Positions 1-13,369 of a stretch of 35,504 bases of DNA are shown one piece after another. The notes below the pieces were generated by a model. The model had not been told where the DNA came from, did not search any database, and saw only the letters and a program-made list of their open reading frames with translations. How positions within the stretch are numbered: position 1 is the first letter of the stretch; every line of letters starts with the position of its first letter. The position numbers and the translations under genes were made by a program. The DNA comes from Sluysia triapertura (taxonomy: Eukaryota). Where the stretch lies: contig JBJNIA010186278.1 in the NCBI GenBank assembly GCA_046118255.1, positions 1 through 35,504 of the forward strand, in the 5' to 3' direction.

Positions 1-30
<30 letters not shown>
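1..30. repeat. (AT)n microsatellite, truncated by the window edge
   Basis: Perfect AT dinucleotide run directly abutting the 160-bp element. Confidence 0.97.
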
Positions 31-33
<3 letters not shown>

Positions 34-189
34 AGACTTCGTAAAATGGACTGACCGGGGATCGAACCTGGGACCATCGTCTGCGCAGTCCGACTGCTCT
101 GCCACAGAGCTATCAGCCCCATCTAACAATTTCATTTTCAATATATTCAATTATACTACTTGGCACTTTTTAGGCCTTTTACTCCAACA
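30..189 (-). mobile_element. 160-bp tRNA-containing interspersed repeat, copy 1
   Basis: About 9 differences in 160 nt from 4082-4241. Ends are TGTTAGA...TCCAACA. Confidence 0.85.
47..119 (-). pseudogene. tRNA-like sequence (A and B boxes, defective anticodon arm)
   Basis: Minus strand reads GGGCTGA-TA-GCTC..TGG..GAGC...GGTTCGATCC...TCAGTCC-A followed by TTTT. Acceptor, D and T arms pair, but the anticodon stem TCGGA/GACGA has two mismatches. Confidence 0.75.
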
Positions 190-1013
190 TATAGACTAAA
201 ACAGAAAATGTAAATGTCGCACACAAATATGAAATAAAAATGATAAGTATGAAACAATAAAACAATGTTATTATTATGATTAACTGTTACCATAATCAAC
301 AATCGTTATATACCTAATGTGTGGAATGAGGGTATTTTGTGTATAGGTAAATAAAGTTGAAAAAAAGAAGTTGAGAAAAGTGTGTCATCTAAAAATCTGT
401 ATTATGATTTGTCGTGATTGATGGATAATTTTTTGTATACAATGTTAAATTTTGAATTATTAGATGAATTACAAGAGGGTTGAGTTTTGTAAAGTTTCGT
501 ATAAATATTTTAGTTCATAGTAATAAATCTTAGTAGGATTGTTGAGTTACTTTTTACTTAAAATAATCATGGATTTCTAACAAAACCTTAACGAAATGGT
601 TGTGAAATATTTAAATTTAAAATAAAAATTGTTTTTTGAAACATCTTAAAGATGTTTGCGTACTTTCTAAATTAAAATTCATATTTTTAAAGCAACACCT
701 TAAAGAGGGTTGCGTAATTTATTACCTTTTCTTAAAATTTATATAAACGATACCTAAAAAAGGATTGTAACATAATTTTGAAAGAGACGTATAAGTGATT
801 AATTATTTTGTCCCACGCAGTAAGGTATAAGTAAATTTTAAGTTAAGTATAATTTATAAAAAAAATCCTAATAACACGTCTCTAACAGTGGTATAAACCG
901 TGTATATTAGGCGAAACGACTGATCAGACATTTTGTAGGTAGGTTAAGTTCTTTTAAAGAAAACACTTGCATATAGCAGTTTTATGGCAATTAGTGAAAT
1001 TAAAAATCAGAAA

Positions 1014-2900
1014 TTAAAGCTGGCGATTTTCTTTTGGTGGACTAATTTCGCCGATTAAATGTTGTTGACCCCTTACTCTAGTAAAGTCTTGAGTAAACAT
1101 ACGTTGCCTTAGTTTTCTACAATCTCTTGCATTATGTCCTTTTTTGTTACAGTTGGCACAGATTATTTCTCCATCTATATTAGTTTGTGTCTTATTATTG
1201 TTTTCGTATCTCATCGGATTCTCGCTTCTATTCCTGTAAGTATTATTAAAATTAGAACTAGGTGGTCATCTCAGTGCTGTTCTCTGTTCATAATTAGATG
1301 CACCATAATTACTTGCTCTATTATTCTGAAATCCTCTACTTCTATTATTATTATCATTTTCTCTATAACTATTTGAAGTGCCTCTATTAAATCTACTGCA
1401 ATTATTATTTCGATTATTATATCCATCGTAATTTGAGGAATAATTCGTACATCTATTATCATTATAATTATGAAAATTATCATTATTTCAAAATAAATTT
1501 TTGGCTTTTATCTCTTTTATATTTATCATCATTATCACTTATATAATTAATGTTATTTCTCTAAATATTGACATTGGCATTGATTACCGAGATATTGATT
1601 AGAACTTTATAAAATGTGAATCTTATGAATTTTGAATTGATTATAAATATTTATTGATTATTATATTATTTTATGAATTAATTTATTTTTGAAAAGACAA
1701 TTATTTTATTAATCTGGAATTAATTATTAATAATTATTTGTTAATCTGGAATTGATTGTTAAAATAGTTATTAATCTGGAATTGATTGTTAAAATAGTTA
1801 TTAATCTGGAATTAATCATTATAAAACTAACGTAAGTATTTAAATATTTTAATTGCATGTCTAATTTAAAAATTATTTACAAGATCAAGGTCAGCCTAAT
1901 AAGTATATAAGCTTTACAAAAAATGCACTGTTTCACACCATTTTTAGACTATAATTTTTAAAATACACTCTTGTTGAACATAATTATAAAAACAATTATT
2001 TTGTTCACACAATTTTTGTAACACTGGATCTTGGACGTAATTACATATTTCGATATTGTCAACTACTATAATTCTACTTTTAATACAATTTCACTTGTGC
2101 AGTACTTCTGATTCCACAGGAAACCCACAAATCGATCAAATTGATTATAAAATAATTATTACGTTAGTTTATATATTAAGTTTATGATAATATTAGGTAT
2201 CAACACAAAATATAGGTAAAATAATTTTTGTAAGACATTATTGAAACTTTTAACAGTTTCAGCGTAAACTACATTTTAAAATCTCTCTTTTCAAAAAATT
2301 AACAAATATTTAATTATCGTAATACTTGTTCTGTTATATTGTTATATTACCTTTATTATTTTTACTTTGTGAATATACCTTACATAAAGAAATGTTTCTT
2401 GTTATTGAGTAATTAATTTCTATAGATTTAAAATTTATAAAATTATCCGCACAATGAAGTTTTATTTAGAGTATAATTCTGAAAACGCAAAATCAATTGT
2501 TTTAAAAACCTTTCATAGGATTTTCGCAAACTATTTTATAACTCTATCATTGCTATTAAATTATACTTAAGATATTTCCAGATCTCAATTTAATTTGACT
2601 AGCAAGCATCCGACACTTACAAACTTAATATCTCATTCACAGAATTTTAGTAAAATAATTTTTTATTACTTTATAAAATAATTTATAAAAATTACAGAGG
2701 TCTACATCTAGGCAAATTTGTATATATCTGCTAAATTTAATTCTTAGCTTAAGAAGCCTTTAAATATAACCTTATATTTAAATCGAACAAAGTTATGCGC
2801 TTCAGTGCTTTTTATTTATATTAATTCATTTAACCTTAAAGATCTGCACTTTCTTTAAATCTTATGACTTTAAAGGTCTTTAATAATTATCATTTAAATT
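1014..2900 (-). mobile_element. Degenerate LTR-retrotransposon gag-like region with CCHC zinc knuckle
   Basis: CANCNKKGHNARDC (C-x2-C-x4-H-x4-C) in ORF 1014-1214, preceded by Asn/Arg/Tyr-rich coding sequence with stops. The 5' boundary is approximate. Confidence 0.65.
1706..1815 (-). repeat. ~30-bp tandem repeat (3-4 units) within the gag-like region
   Basis: Unit ttattaatctggaattgattgttaaaatag. The minus strand reads YFNNQFQINN. Confidence 0.85.
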
Positions 2901-2928
2901 AAGTTTTATTTTAAGTACTTTTTAAATT

Positions 2929-2955
2929 CATTATTATTATATTATATTTAAATTA

Positions 2956-2992
<37 letters not shown>

Positions 2993-3035
2993 TTCATATT
3001 ATTTTATTTTTAATATTATTATCATTATTATTTTA
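2929..3035. repeat. Degenerate (ATT)n microsatellite
   Basis: Runs of tta/att triplets. Confidence 0.85.
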
Positions 3036-3611
3036 ATTTAATTGACGTTCGTTTTTTTTATTTTTAAGATTTTAAATTAATTATTTATGACTTAACAGTT
3101 GCTATCGACAAGGGATCAATGTTTTTTCAGACAACATATTTAAAGGCGCTTCTCAAATATAAATTCTTTTGTTTGGAGTTGGTAATTATTTATAATTTAA
3201 CTTTTAATGGTGAATTTAACAAAAATGGTTGTGTGCGCCGAACGTGAAATATATCAGTATTTTCATGAAGACAAAGAAAAATTAAACCCGAAAAAATTGT
3301 CTGTGTTTAGTTGTCGAGTTATATTTTGAAAATTTCTTCTCAGAACACTGTCATGAATTCTTTGAATTATTTTTTATTTATTTCCGAAATTATCACAAAC
3401 ATATGACAAGCACTTTAAAAATATTTTCCATCACTAAAGGTTTTACCATATTTTGCAATTAAATCTGAAATGATAAAACTAGCAATCGTTGTGTTTGATT
3501 CATTAGTTACGTATGTCATTTTATGTGTTGATTGTGAAATTAACTATTTTAGGTTTTCCTTACTTTTTCTAAGAATGCTGATAATTGTTTTCAATATGTC
3601 TTTTAACTTAT

Positions 3612-4040
3612 CACGGGCTGCTTAAAGTGGCGTGCCGAGGTCACGTCCCATGGAGGGGAAAGACCTCGACATGGCACCCCCAAACACTACCACCAGTGTT
3701 CACAAAACACCATACATTGACAATGTGTAAAGTAAAAAGTGTAAATAAGAAGAGTTTATTTTATCTTTTCCAATGCATGCAACGTGACATGCGACAAGGC
3801 TTGGCATTCAAAAACTTGTCTATCACACTATCAACATCTATAAGTTCGAATTCTTCTTTCTCGATGTTTAGTAATGCCAAGTTGCTGAGACGTTCCTGGC
3901 CAATTGTGCTCCGAAGGCAATTCTTGATCAATTTCATTTTGCTGAAAGAACTGTCACAGAAGCCCACAGATACAGCAACAGATAACAGTATGCGTAATGC
4001 AACTTGTAGATTGGGGAAGACGTCATAAATTATTTATATT
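3612..4040 (-). mobile_element. hAT (Tip100/ZMYM1-like) transposon 3' fragment with C-terminal dimerization domain
   Basis: FPNLQVALRILLSVAVSVGFCDSSFSKMKLIKNCLRSTIGQERLSNLALLNIE matches the hAT dimerization consensus (ERSFSKLKLIKNYLRSTMxQERLxxLALLxIE). A GC-rich terminal segment lies at 3612-3690. Confidence 0.88.
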
Positions 4041-4081
4041 ATAATTAGATCAATCCGCGTGGGTGTGGCAGATAATTATTT

Positions 4082-4241
4082 TGTTAGACTTCGTAAAATG
4101 GACTGACCGGGGACCGAACCCGGGATCATCGTCTGCGCAGTCCGACTGCTCTGCCACTGAGCTATCAGCCCCGTCTAACAATTTCATTTTCAATATATTC
4201 AATTATACTACTTGGAACTTTTTAGGCCTATTATCCCAACA
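4082..4241 (-). mobile_element. 160-bp tRNA-containing interspersed repeat, copy 2 (tRNA-like unit at 4099-4171)
   Basis: Near-identical to 30-189 and in the same orientation. T-arm CCGGG-TTCGGTC-CCCGG, followed by a TTTT terminator. Confidence 0.85.
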
Positions 4242-4699
4242 TATGTTGACACTAATGATCGTTATTTTAATGTGAGAAATAATCTGATTAAAAGTAGATC
4301 GGGTAGAATAAAAGAAAGAAATGGTTGATTATTCAATTTCTTATGTTATGCGTCTAATAAAGTTTTTTAATAGATGTTATGGTTGGTCTAATTCTCGAAG
4401 GAGGTTATAATGTTTTGTGTAAGATAATATAAATTATTATGTTTAATTCGATTCTTAATGTTATTCAGATTAATAAAAAATTAAAATAATATAGTTATAA
4501 TTATTATAACAATAGTAGTAACAATTGTTACTTATAAATTTAAACAATAAATATAATAATAATGTTTTATATATTTAAAATTATTAACAATAAAATTAAA
4601 TTAGTATGAAATCTCGACGTATTCGTAATAATAACAAAATGAATATAAATCAATGTCTGTACAAGATGAGTTAACAAAAATTCCAGGGTTTAACAAAAA

Positions 4700-6150
4700 C
4701 GTGTCTAAAATACTGTCGGAGCAGCCCTGAAGTTGCAATTTTTATGTTCCTGTCCTTTGTTGAAGCAGCCCAGACCCTAATTTAATATAAGCATTGAAAC
4801 ACTTATGTAATCTGTTATGTGTCGAGAATGCTTCGATCAGATAATGTTTACATTTCGTATTTTTAATTGCACCGGCCCGTCATTATCGTTAAGTTTGGAC
4901 CATTATATTACTATATATGCGAAGTATACATATTAGTTTTATCGGAGTTGTGCAAGTGTAATAACTTAAACAAATAGGAATATTCGTTTACTATATTTAT
5001 AAATACACGCACAAATATTGTCCTGATGCACACAATTGTTTTCTCCAACTTGAAAAGCGTAACAGATAGATTCTTATATTCCTCTCTCAACCGAAGATTA
5101 AGATACATCTAAAGGATTCTTTAATTATTGTAAAACGTTAGTTTATTTTGTAAGAATTAGATACTCATAAGTATCAAACGTAAAATACACTTAACTTCAT
5201 TTTGTAATAACATGTGGAACCTTTTCGTGGTTCTATCGAAAAATACCTTTTAAAATATTCCTTTGAATTAATTAACTACTAGTTAATTATGTAAATTATT
5301 TATTCATTATAATCGTACTATTGATTTTGTACTATAACATTTTATTAATTTTTGTAATATATAATTATAGTTCTTTGAATATATCTGATATAGATTCAAA
5401 ATTATAAAATTGCCAGAGCACTGAAGCTTTATCAGAATTTCATTCTGATTCGTAAAATAAAGAGTTAATACAAATCATTTTCGTATAAATTGTATAAAAT
5501 TGTATCATTTGATAGATAACGTGTAATAATTCTCATCAAATTATTAACCTCCATATTAAATTTTATAGTTTTAATTGATTTAAAATCCAACGGCTAGCCC
5601 TAACCGGTAAGCCTAGTACGTTGGTGAACTCATTAAAATTTTGTTTTATTCTGTAAGGTTAAGTAAAGAAAACCCCAGAAATAAGATAGTGAGTTGTTAT
5701 GTAAGTATGAGTAGAGACAGTAGGGGTTAATAGCGTTTAAAACTTCTGAGAGCCGATATTAATGCTTCACAGATGGTAAATAATAACACTTATAGAAATT
5801 TTAAATTTAAAAATCAGAGTCTAACATTATTGATAATAAGCTATATTCTAACTAAGTAAATTCTAGTTTAACGGCTTCATATACTAATACAATCGCGCCT
5901 AATTTTTGATTTCAGCTTTAACCGATAGTCGAGCACGATACCAGTTAGTAAACATCCTATCTATGATACCTTCTTGAATGAGAAAACTTTCACGACTATA
6001 GCTATTCTGATCATAAAGTTCATTACAAAGAGCGTACAAATAGTAGCAATAAATTCTTTTTTTTCGCTTTCAGATAATGTAGATTTGGCATCGACTAGAA
6101 CTATGTATTTCAGTATATCTTTCTGTTCTAGAAACCAAGTTCAGTTGTAC
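4700..6150 (-). mobile_element. Highly degenerate Ty3/gypsy RNase H-integrase remnant
   Basis: Eroded motifs occur in the expected order on the minus strand: VLVDAKS (~6090), KAE.N..EAVK (~5870-5940), LA/RWIL (~5580-5600), NGPN and KHYL..FNAYIK (~4780-4905). Confidence 0.5.
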
Positions 6151-6774
6151 ATCTGATTGTCTGTATATTATTAAGTACATTACAGTGAGAATGACAATAA
6201 ATTGAAAATATTTCACACAATAAAGTACAAATATGTTCGTACAATGAACAACTAATTAAGGAATTTGTATCAAAGAGAAAAACAGTAACAGTTACATCAT
6301 TACTGAGGAATAAACATCTTAAATACTTAAACAGGTTATAATTGAAAGATTTGATAAGAGCAAACGCGGTTCACTGTCTGAGCAGCCCCGACGCAAAATA
6401 TTGCATAAATACATAAAAACATAAATGTAATTAAATTAATAAATAATTTAAATTCGATTTGAATCAGGCGTTTAATTGTGAAAATTTTATGTTTTCGCTG
6501 GAATTAAGTAGGACCTCTACAGGAAATAAAATAGGATAAACTCTCACATAAGTAACCCAAAAAATCATTAGAAATGTAATTATTTAACTGCAAAAGTAAA
6601 AATTTAGAAAATAATTTGGCAAAACCAATCATTATAAGGTATAAATGAATAAATAAATACTTATCAAATTTGTTAAAGTGCATACTTAACAAAAACTCAC
6701 TTAATATCAGAGAAAAATTAATTTTTATTAAATGTCTTAATTTAAAGACTTGCTTTTTTAATAAAAGCTTAAAC

Positions 6775-8550
6775 CAGTGATTCCCAAAGTGGTCTATATC
6801 GATCCCAGGGTTCGATGTGTGGTAGCCATTCTTTTCACTCAAAGTCTTAAATTAACATATTATTATTAAAAAAACCACTTCATTACATTTCACCCCTATT
6901 CCTTCAAGAACCATTAAAACATGTAAATATTTCAAATATTTTAAGCTCATAATTTGATAACATGTAAAATCTGTAACATCAAAAATCATTAAAATCGCCT
7001 TTCAAAATTACTTTAAAATCTTAAACAAAATGGAATTTCTTTTAATAGTTTAACTTCACAATTTCTCTTTTCTCTAATTTTAATTATCCTTTTTTCTCAG
7101 TTTACGCAATTTATATAATTCAACGTTTAAATTCTCTTCAACAATCATTCTTGTCACAAAGATTTCAAATTTAACAAGTTCAACAACCTTAACATTACAT
7201 GACAGTTCAAAGATTTTAAAATAACTCAAACGTGTATTGAATCATACACTTCAGAAAACTTATTTATTTAATAAGACTTAATGAACAATTTAGCAAGAAT
7301 TGCAAAAAGACACGAACAGGCTATACATCTATGTTCACAAAAGTAAAGGAAGTTATCCATTGTCCTGATAAAACAAAAACAAAAAGTAATATAATTCAAT
7401 GCTTAGATAAAATAAGTTGTGAAGTTAATTTGATTAGTTTTTATTGTAAAATTAAAGTAAATGATTTAATGAACATTCTCGTATTTTTTATATGATTTCT
7501 CCTTGGTATTTAAAAATTTAGTATATAGTTATGTTTTTTAAAAATTGCCTGAAAGAATGCATTCTAATGTCTTTAAGTCAAGATGATTTTAGACTTATAG
7601 ATAATCCTATTCATACTGATGAATCTGATACTACAGATATTGGTAATCATTCCACGATTGTATCATCAATTGACTTTGGCGATCTTTATCGAAGACACAA
7701 ACGGACAGAACTGTGTCCACCTCAGGTGGATGAATTTGGCACGTGTCTTAAATTTGGCCCTTCCTTTAAAGAAGACATTTAGAACGAATAAACAATTTAT
7801 CAATTTCAATACAAATTAATCGAGTTAATGGTAATCCTACATCCAACAAAGACCTAATCGAGGCCCGGAATAACATCGATTCTAATATTCTTATTCATAA
7901 TCCAGAATTAAAAGCAATTTTTACTTATTATCAACACAAAATGTGATCTTGATTCTTGTTTTTTATTAAGAAATATGCAATTTATGAAAATTATAGTATG
8001 TCGAATTACAAACGTTTTTAACCCTTGTGTAGTTATTATAATTAGAAATGTAGTTAATAAATCTTTAGATCTTGACTTAATACCTTTATTCTGAAACGAA
8101 AATTATGATGAATTATTAAAATTGAATGTATTTGAGTTAATAAGTAACATTAAAAAAATTTTGAACTCTATTCATATTAATTTTATTAAAGGTAATAATA
8201 ATCAGATTGGAATAAAGATACATACTACGTACGCCCAAACGATTAAAACCTGAAAGTGGTCTACGTGGGCAAAAAATTGGGGGTCAATGACATGAAATTT
8301 CATAAATTGCAAAAAGTATAATTTTGGCATTAAAAAAATTACAATATAATATTAATATAATTAATATCATCGGTCTAAAACTGCTTTCACTTAGTCTCGG
8401 AGCATAGTACGACTCCTGGGGTTCGATAGAGACCACTTTGGGAATCACTGCTGTAGGTATTTCACTGGTGTTAGAAATTTAAATCTTCCAAAGTGAATAG
8501 CAGAGTGTCTATCTAAAATTGAAAAACTTTAAAAATTTTGGGAACCTCCT
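6775..8550 (+). mobile_element. Non-autonomous hAT (Buster/Charlie-type) element with an extra inverted terminus
   Basis: Left end CAGTGATTCCCAAAGTGGTC and right end TTTTGGGAACCTCCT. The 8-mer GCTTAAAC (nnnTAnnn) at 6767-6774 and 8551-8558 is a putative target-site duplication. An inverted copy of the left end ends at 8450. Confidence 0.7.
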
Positions 8551-8734
8551 GCTTAAACTTTTCACAATTTTCTCAAAATATCAAAAGAAAATTAAGTTTC
8601 TAAAACTTTTAGTGCAAAATATTGTTTTATGTTCTTTTTTATTCATTATGCGATTGTGTACCATGCATTACTTAACAAAATGTAACATAAATTGAAATAC
8701 TATTCGTGCTTTCAATCGCATTTTCGATAAATTA

Positions 8735-10102
<1,368 letters not shown>

Positions 10103-12699
10103 TTAAAACTATAATTATAAATATAAATGTAAAATCATTGTAAAACATTTTTAAATATTTAAAATATTAAATAAAGAAATTTTAAATTTTTCCTGTTTGA
10201 TTTCAAAAGAATTTTAATAAAATTTATAAATATATTGGGATGTATTAACAACGTATAATTTTAATTATTTAATTGAATTATTAAAACAAATTTTTATGTC
10301 TTAATTAGTTCTTTCTTATACTATATAATTTACCTTAATTCTGGACGTATAACCCTCACTTAATTAAATAAAAATAAAGGCATAAATTATGTAAAAAATT
10401 TATTCAATAAATTTACTTCTTATAGTTATAAAATAAAGCATTAGTTAGATATGAATGTTCTTTACATATAATTTTTCCCGACATAAAAACAAAAATTTTA
10501 ACCATTTCAGGTGTCCATAAATAGCGCATTGAAAAAGAACAAGTCTGCCTTTTATTTTTTTTCCTCGAATACTTTGTCTCCATAATTTTTTTCGAACAAA
10601 AATTTGTGTCGCGACAGCCTGAGACCTAATAAAAACTTTAAAAATTAGTTCATACAAATCAAGAAATAAAAGTTTTCGAAAGTTAAGTGTTTCGATAATT
10701 CACTATATTTTGAATATAAATAACTGGATTTGTGAGGTTCATTATTTAAATGGTTTAAACTTTAACTTCAAATGACAAATAAATTGGTTTATATGATTTA
10801 ATAAAAATATAAAAAATCAAAATCAAAACTCCAGTATTTATAACTGTAAACGAATTCAAAAATATTCCTTATCAACATCCTGCTCGTTTTCTACATTTAT
10901 ATTTTTTCTTTTTCTCCTTTTTCGTCTATTTCTAATCTGAATTGGGTTGTTCCACAAATCATCGTTAAAATCTTCTCCAAATTTATCAGTTTAACTTGAG
11001 TTATTATCACCAAAATTTTCTTTATCTTTAATATAATTTATCTCTTCGAGTTTAAATATGGAATCTTTGGCTTTTAATTATTCATAAGCAACTAAATGTT
11101 ATTCAGTACGGCTCACTATTTTCACTATTATCATCGCATATGGTCAGATAAACAATTGTTTCTACGGTTAGGAAGTGAAAAAAATTCAAATCAATCATAA
11201 ATTAGAGCTGATATAAGTAGTAAAACAAGGCGACTACAGTGTGAACTGCAATAATAATGTCAATATGTTGACAAATATACTTACATTGTTCGTAAAAGTT
11301 AGGGTTAGAAAATGTTACTGCATATAATTAAAATTTTAAATTTAATGAGCAGTCTTACACTTTTAATATTTTATGAGGTTCACTTTTGTTGAGAAGAGTA
11401 TAAGACTTAAGATAGTACCAAATATGATATTCCTAAGATGTATTGAGAAATAAGTTCGAGTTAAGGTTTGGGTATGTGAGAATGTATATATAAATGATAC
11501 AATATAATCCTAGGTAAAGGTTGAAAAACCACAAAAGTTGTGACTGTGTGTGAGTTTTGCAAGTGTTTGATGACTAAACTACCTTACAAAAAGAATTCAC
11601 GATACAAAGAATTCGCCTGTAGTCTACGATACACGTTGAATGTATTGACGTATCTGTTGGGATTGCTCAAATGGGATCAAAAGTATATAGAATATTATAA
11701 ACACTGTTGGTGTAATAATCATGAAGATGAAAACATCTATAGCAATGTATCAACTGAGGAATACCTTGGACTTATATAAGGTATTGAGACCTTATGTAAA
11801 CTTGGGATGTGCTTTGAAAACATTTGGTAATTTAAAACCTTTTTAACCTTTAAGAATCCTTGTAACCCTGATAAGCATTTAAGACCTTCGAGTAATCTTA
11901 TAAAGTAGCTGGAATATCATCGTTGCTAATATTGCTAAGTTTGATACAGTAATAATTAGCATAAAAAAGTAAAAAATAATTAGAGTAGTAACGGTGAAAA
12001 CATCTAGAGACTCGTGTATCTCGTATTTCAGAACCATAATAAAATTACGTCTAAAAATAGATTATTTAATTAAAATCTTAATAAATTTAATTAAGAAAAA
12101 GTACATTTTTGTGAATAACGTCTGAATACGGAATGCTACGTTAAAGTTGAAAATGTGTATGTGTTGTTTTAAAAAAGACTTTAAAAAGGAAAGTCTTAAT
12201 AATCAGCAAAGTCAAATTTAAATTAATTCTTAATTGTGGAATGTTAAAATTTTACACTTAGAATGATTCATATATAATGAATTGAATATGAGATGATTGC
12301 TATGAAAGAGGAGAATCTAGAAATGAGTTTGAAATGTTTGTAGAGCGGTTAGTTTGAGAATAAGAACCTTAAACATTTTTCATTTGAAAATTTGAGTGTG
12401 AAAAACTGAAAATCACTTAAATTCAAAAAACAAAAATTAACAATACTAATTAATGTTATTATAATTGAGAAGTAAGTTAAGTAAAGATAGATTCAGAAGA
12501 GTAGAAGAAAATTAGATGATTGTAAATCTTTTTTTATGCATCTAATAAACTTTTACAGGTTGTACCATATAATTGTCGGATTAATTCTCAAAGAATGTTG
12601 CGATGTTTTGTGATTCTTGAAAATATATCGAGATTTCGGACTAATTTAATTGTTTAGTTACTATTATTAATTTTAAATAAAGACACAGCACTATAGAGT

Positions 12700-13180
12700 T
12701 AGCGGTAATTGAGAATATGAGTCCACTACCAGAAACAATTAGCGGAAAAAAGTTTATTCTCTTATTTGCCTGTTTGAAAAAATGACCACAGATCTATCCA
12801 AGGCCAAATCAGAAAGTAGCACATATTCAGATTGAACATTTTATCTTCAGATGCGGCAAATCAAGAAAACTACTTACGTATCACGATAAAAATTTTACTA
12901 ATGATATGGCAAAATAAGTAGCAGAAATCTTTAATATCTTAAGAATTTAAATAACACCAAATCATCCTCAAACCGATGGACACAATTAATGAAATTTATA
13001 CATAGCATTATGTTTGTTTGCATAATGAAGTTCAATTCATTTGGGTACCAACACCATCCTACTTATTGTATGGAAGATGTTCCACCATACCACGTGACTC
13101 AGATTGGGTACTACTCATATCCCAATATTTAGAAACACCGGAATATGTAACAATAATTAGGGACCTCTTGTGAGATGTCT
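12700..13180 (+). mobile_element. Degenerate Ty3/gypsy integrase fragment
   Basis: MSPLPETISGKKFIL (GPLPxTxxGNKYIL), TPNHPQTDG and TPSYLLYGR motifs, with stops and frameshifts. Confidence 0.8.
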
Positions 13181-13369
13181 GCAAATAAAATATTTCTAGT
13201 AGTGCTCACTTGCCTTAAAATCGATAGACTCAATTATAGAACGTGAGTTATTTACGAACATTACGAAAATAACTTAATGAATCCATATGCAGTACGCTCT
13301 TCTTTGCAAACGAAGAACAACACATAATTGCAAGACTTCACTTTTTAAATAAAAGAATGAAACACTTAC

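Noticed and set aside
47-119. Functional tRNA gene (Arg-GCG or Cys-like)
   Set aside because: The anticodon stem has two adjacent mismatches and an extra base before it, and the unit sits inside a repeat.
1706-1815. CRISPR-like array
   Set aside because: These are contiguous tandem units without unique spacers, in a eukaryotic retroelement context.
30-4241. The two 160-bp repeats as paired LTRs of the intervening gag-like region
   Set aside because: No primer-binding site or polypurine tract is adjacent in either orientation, there is no convincing target-site duplication, and a truncated hAT fragment abuts copy 2. Independent insertions are more parsimonious, though the LTR reading is not excluded.
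4713-6390. Shared 15-mer CTGTC(G/T)GAGCAGCCC at ~4713 and ~6373
   Set aside because: It is too short, the flanks do not align, and the first copy falls in integrase-like sequence.
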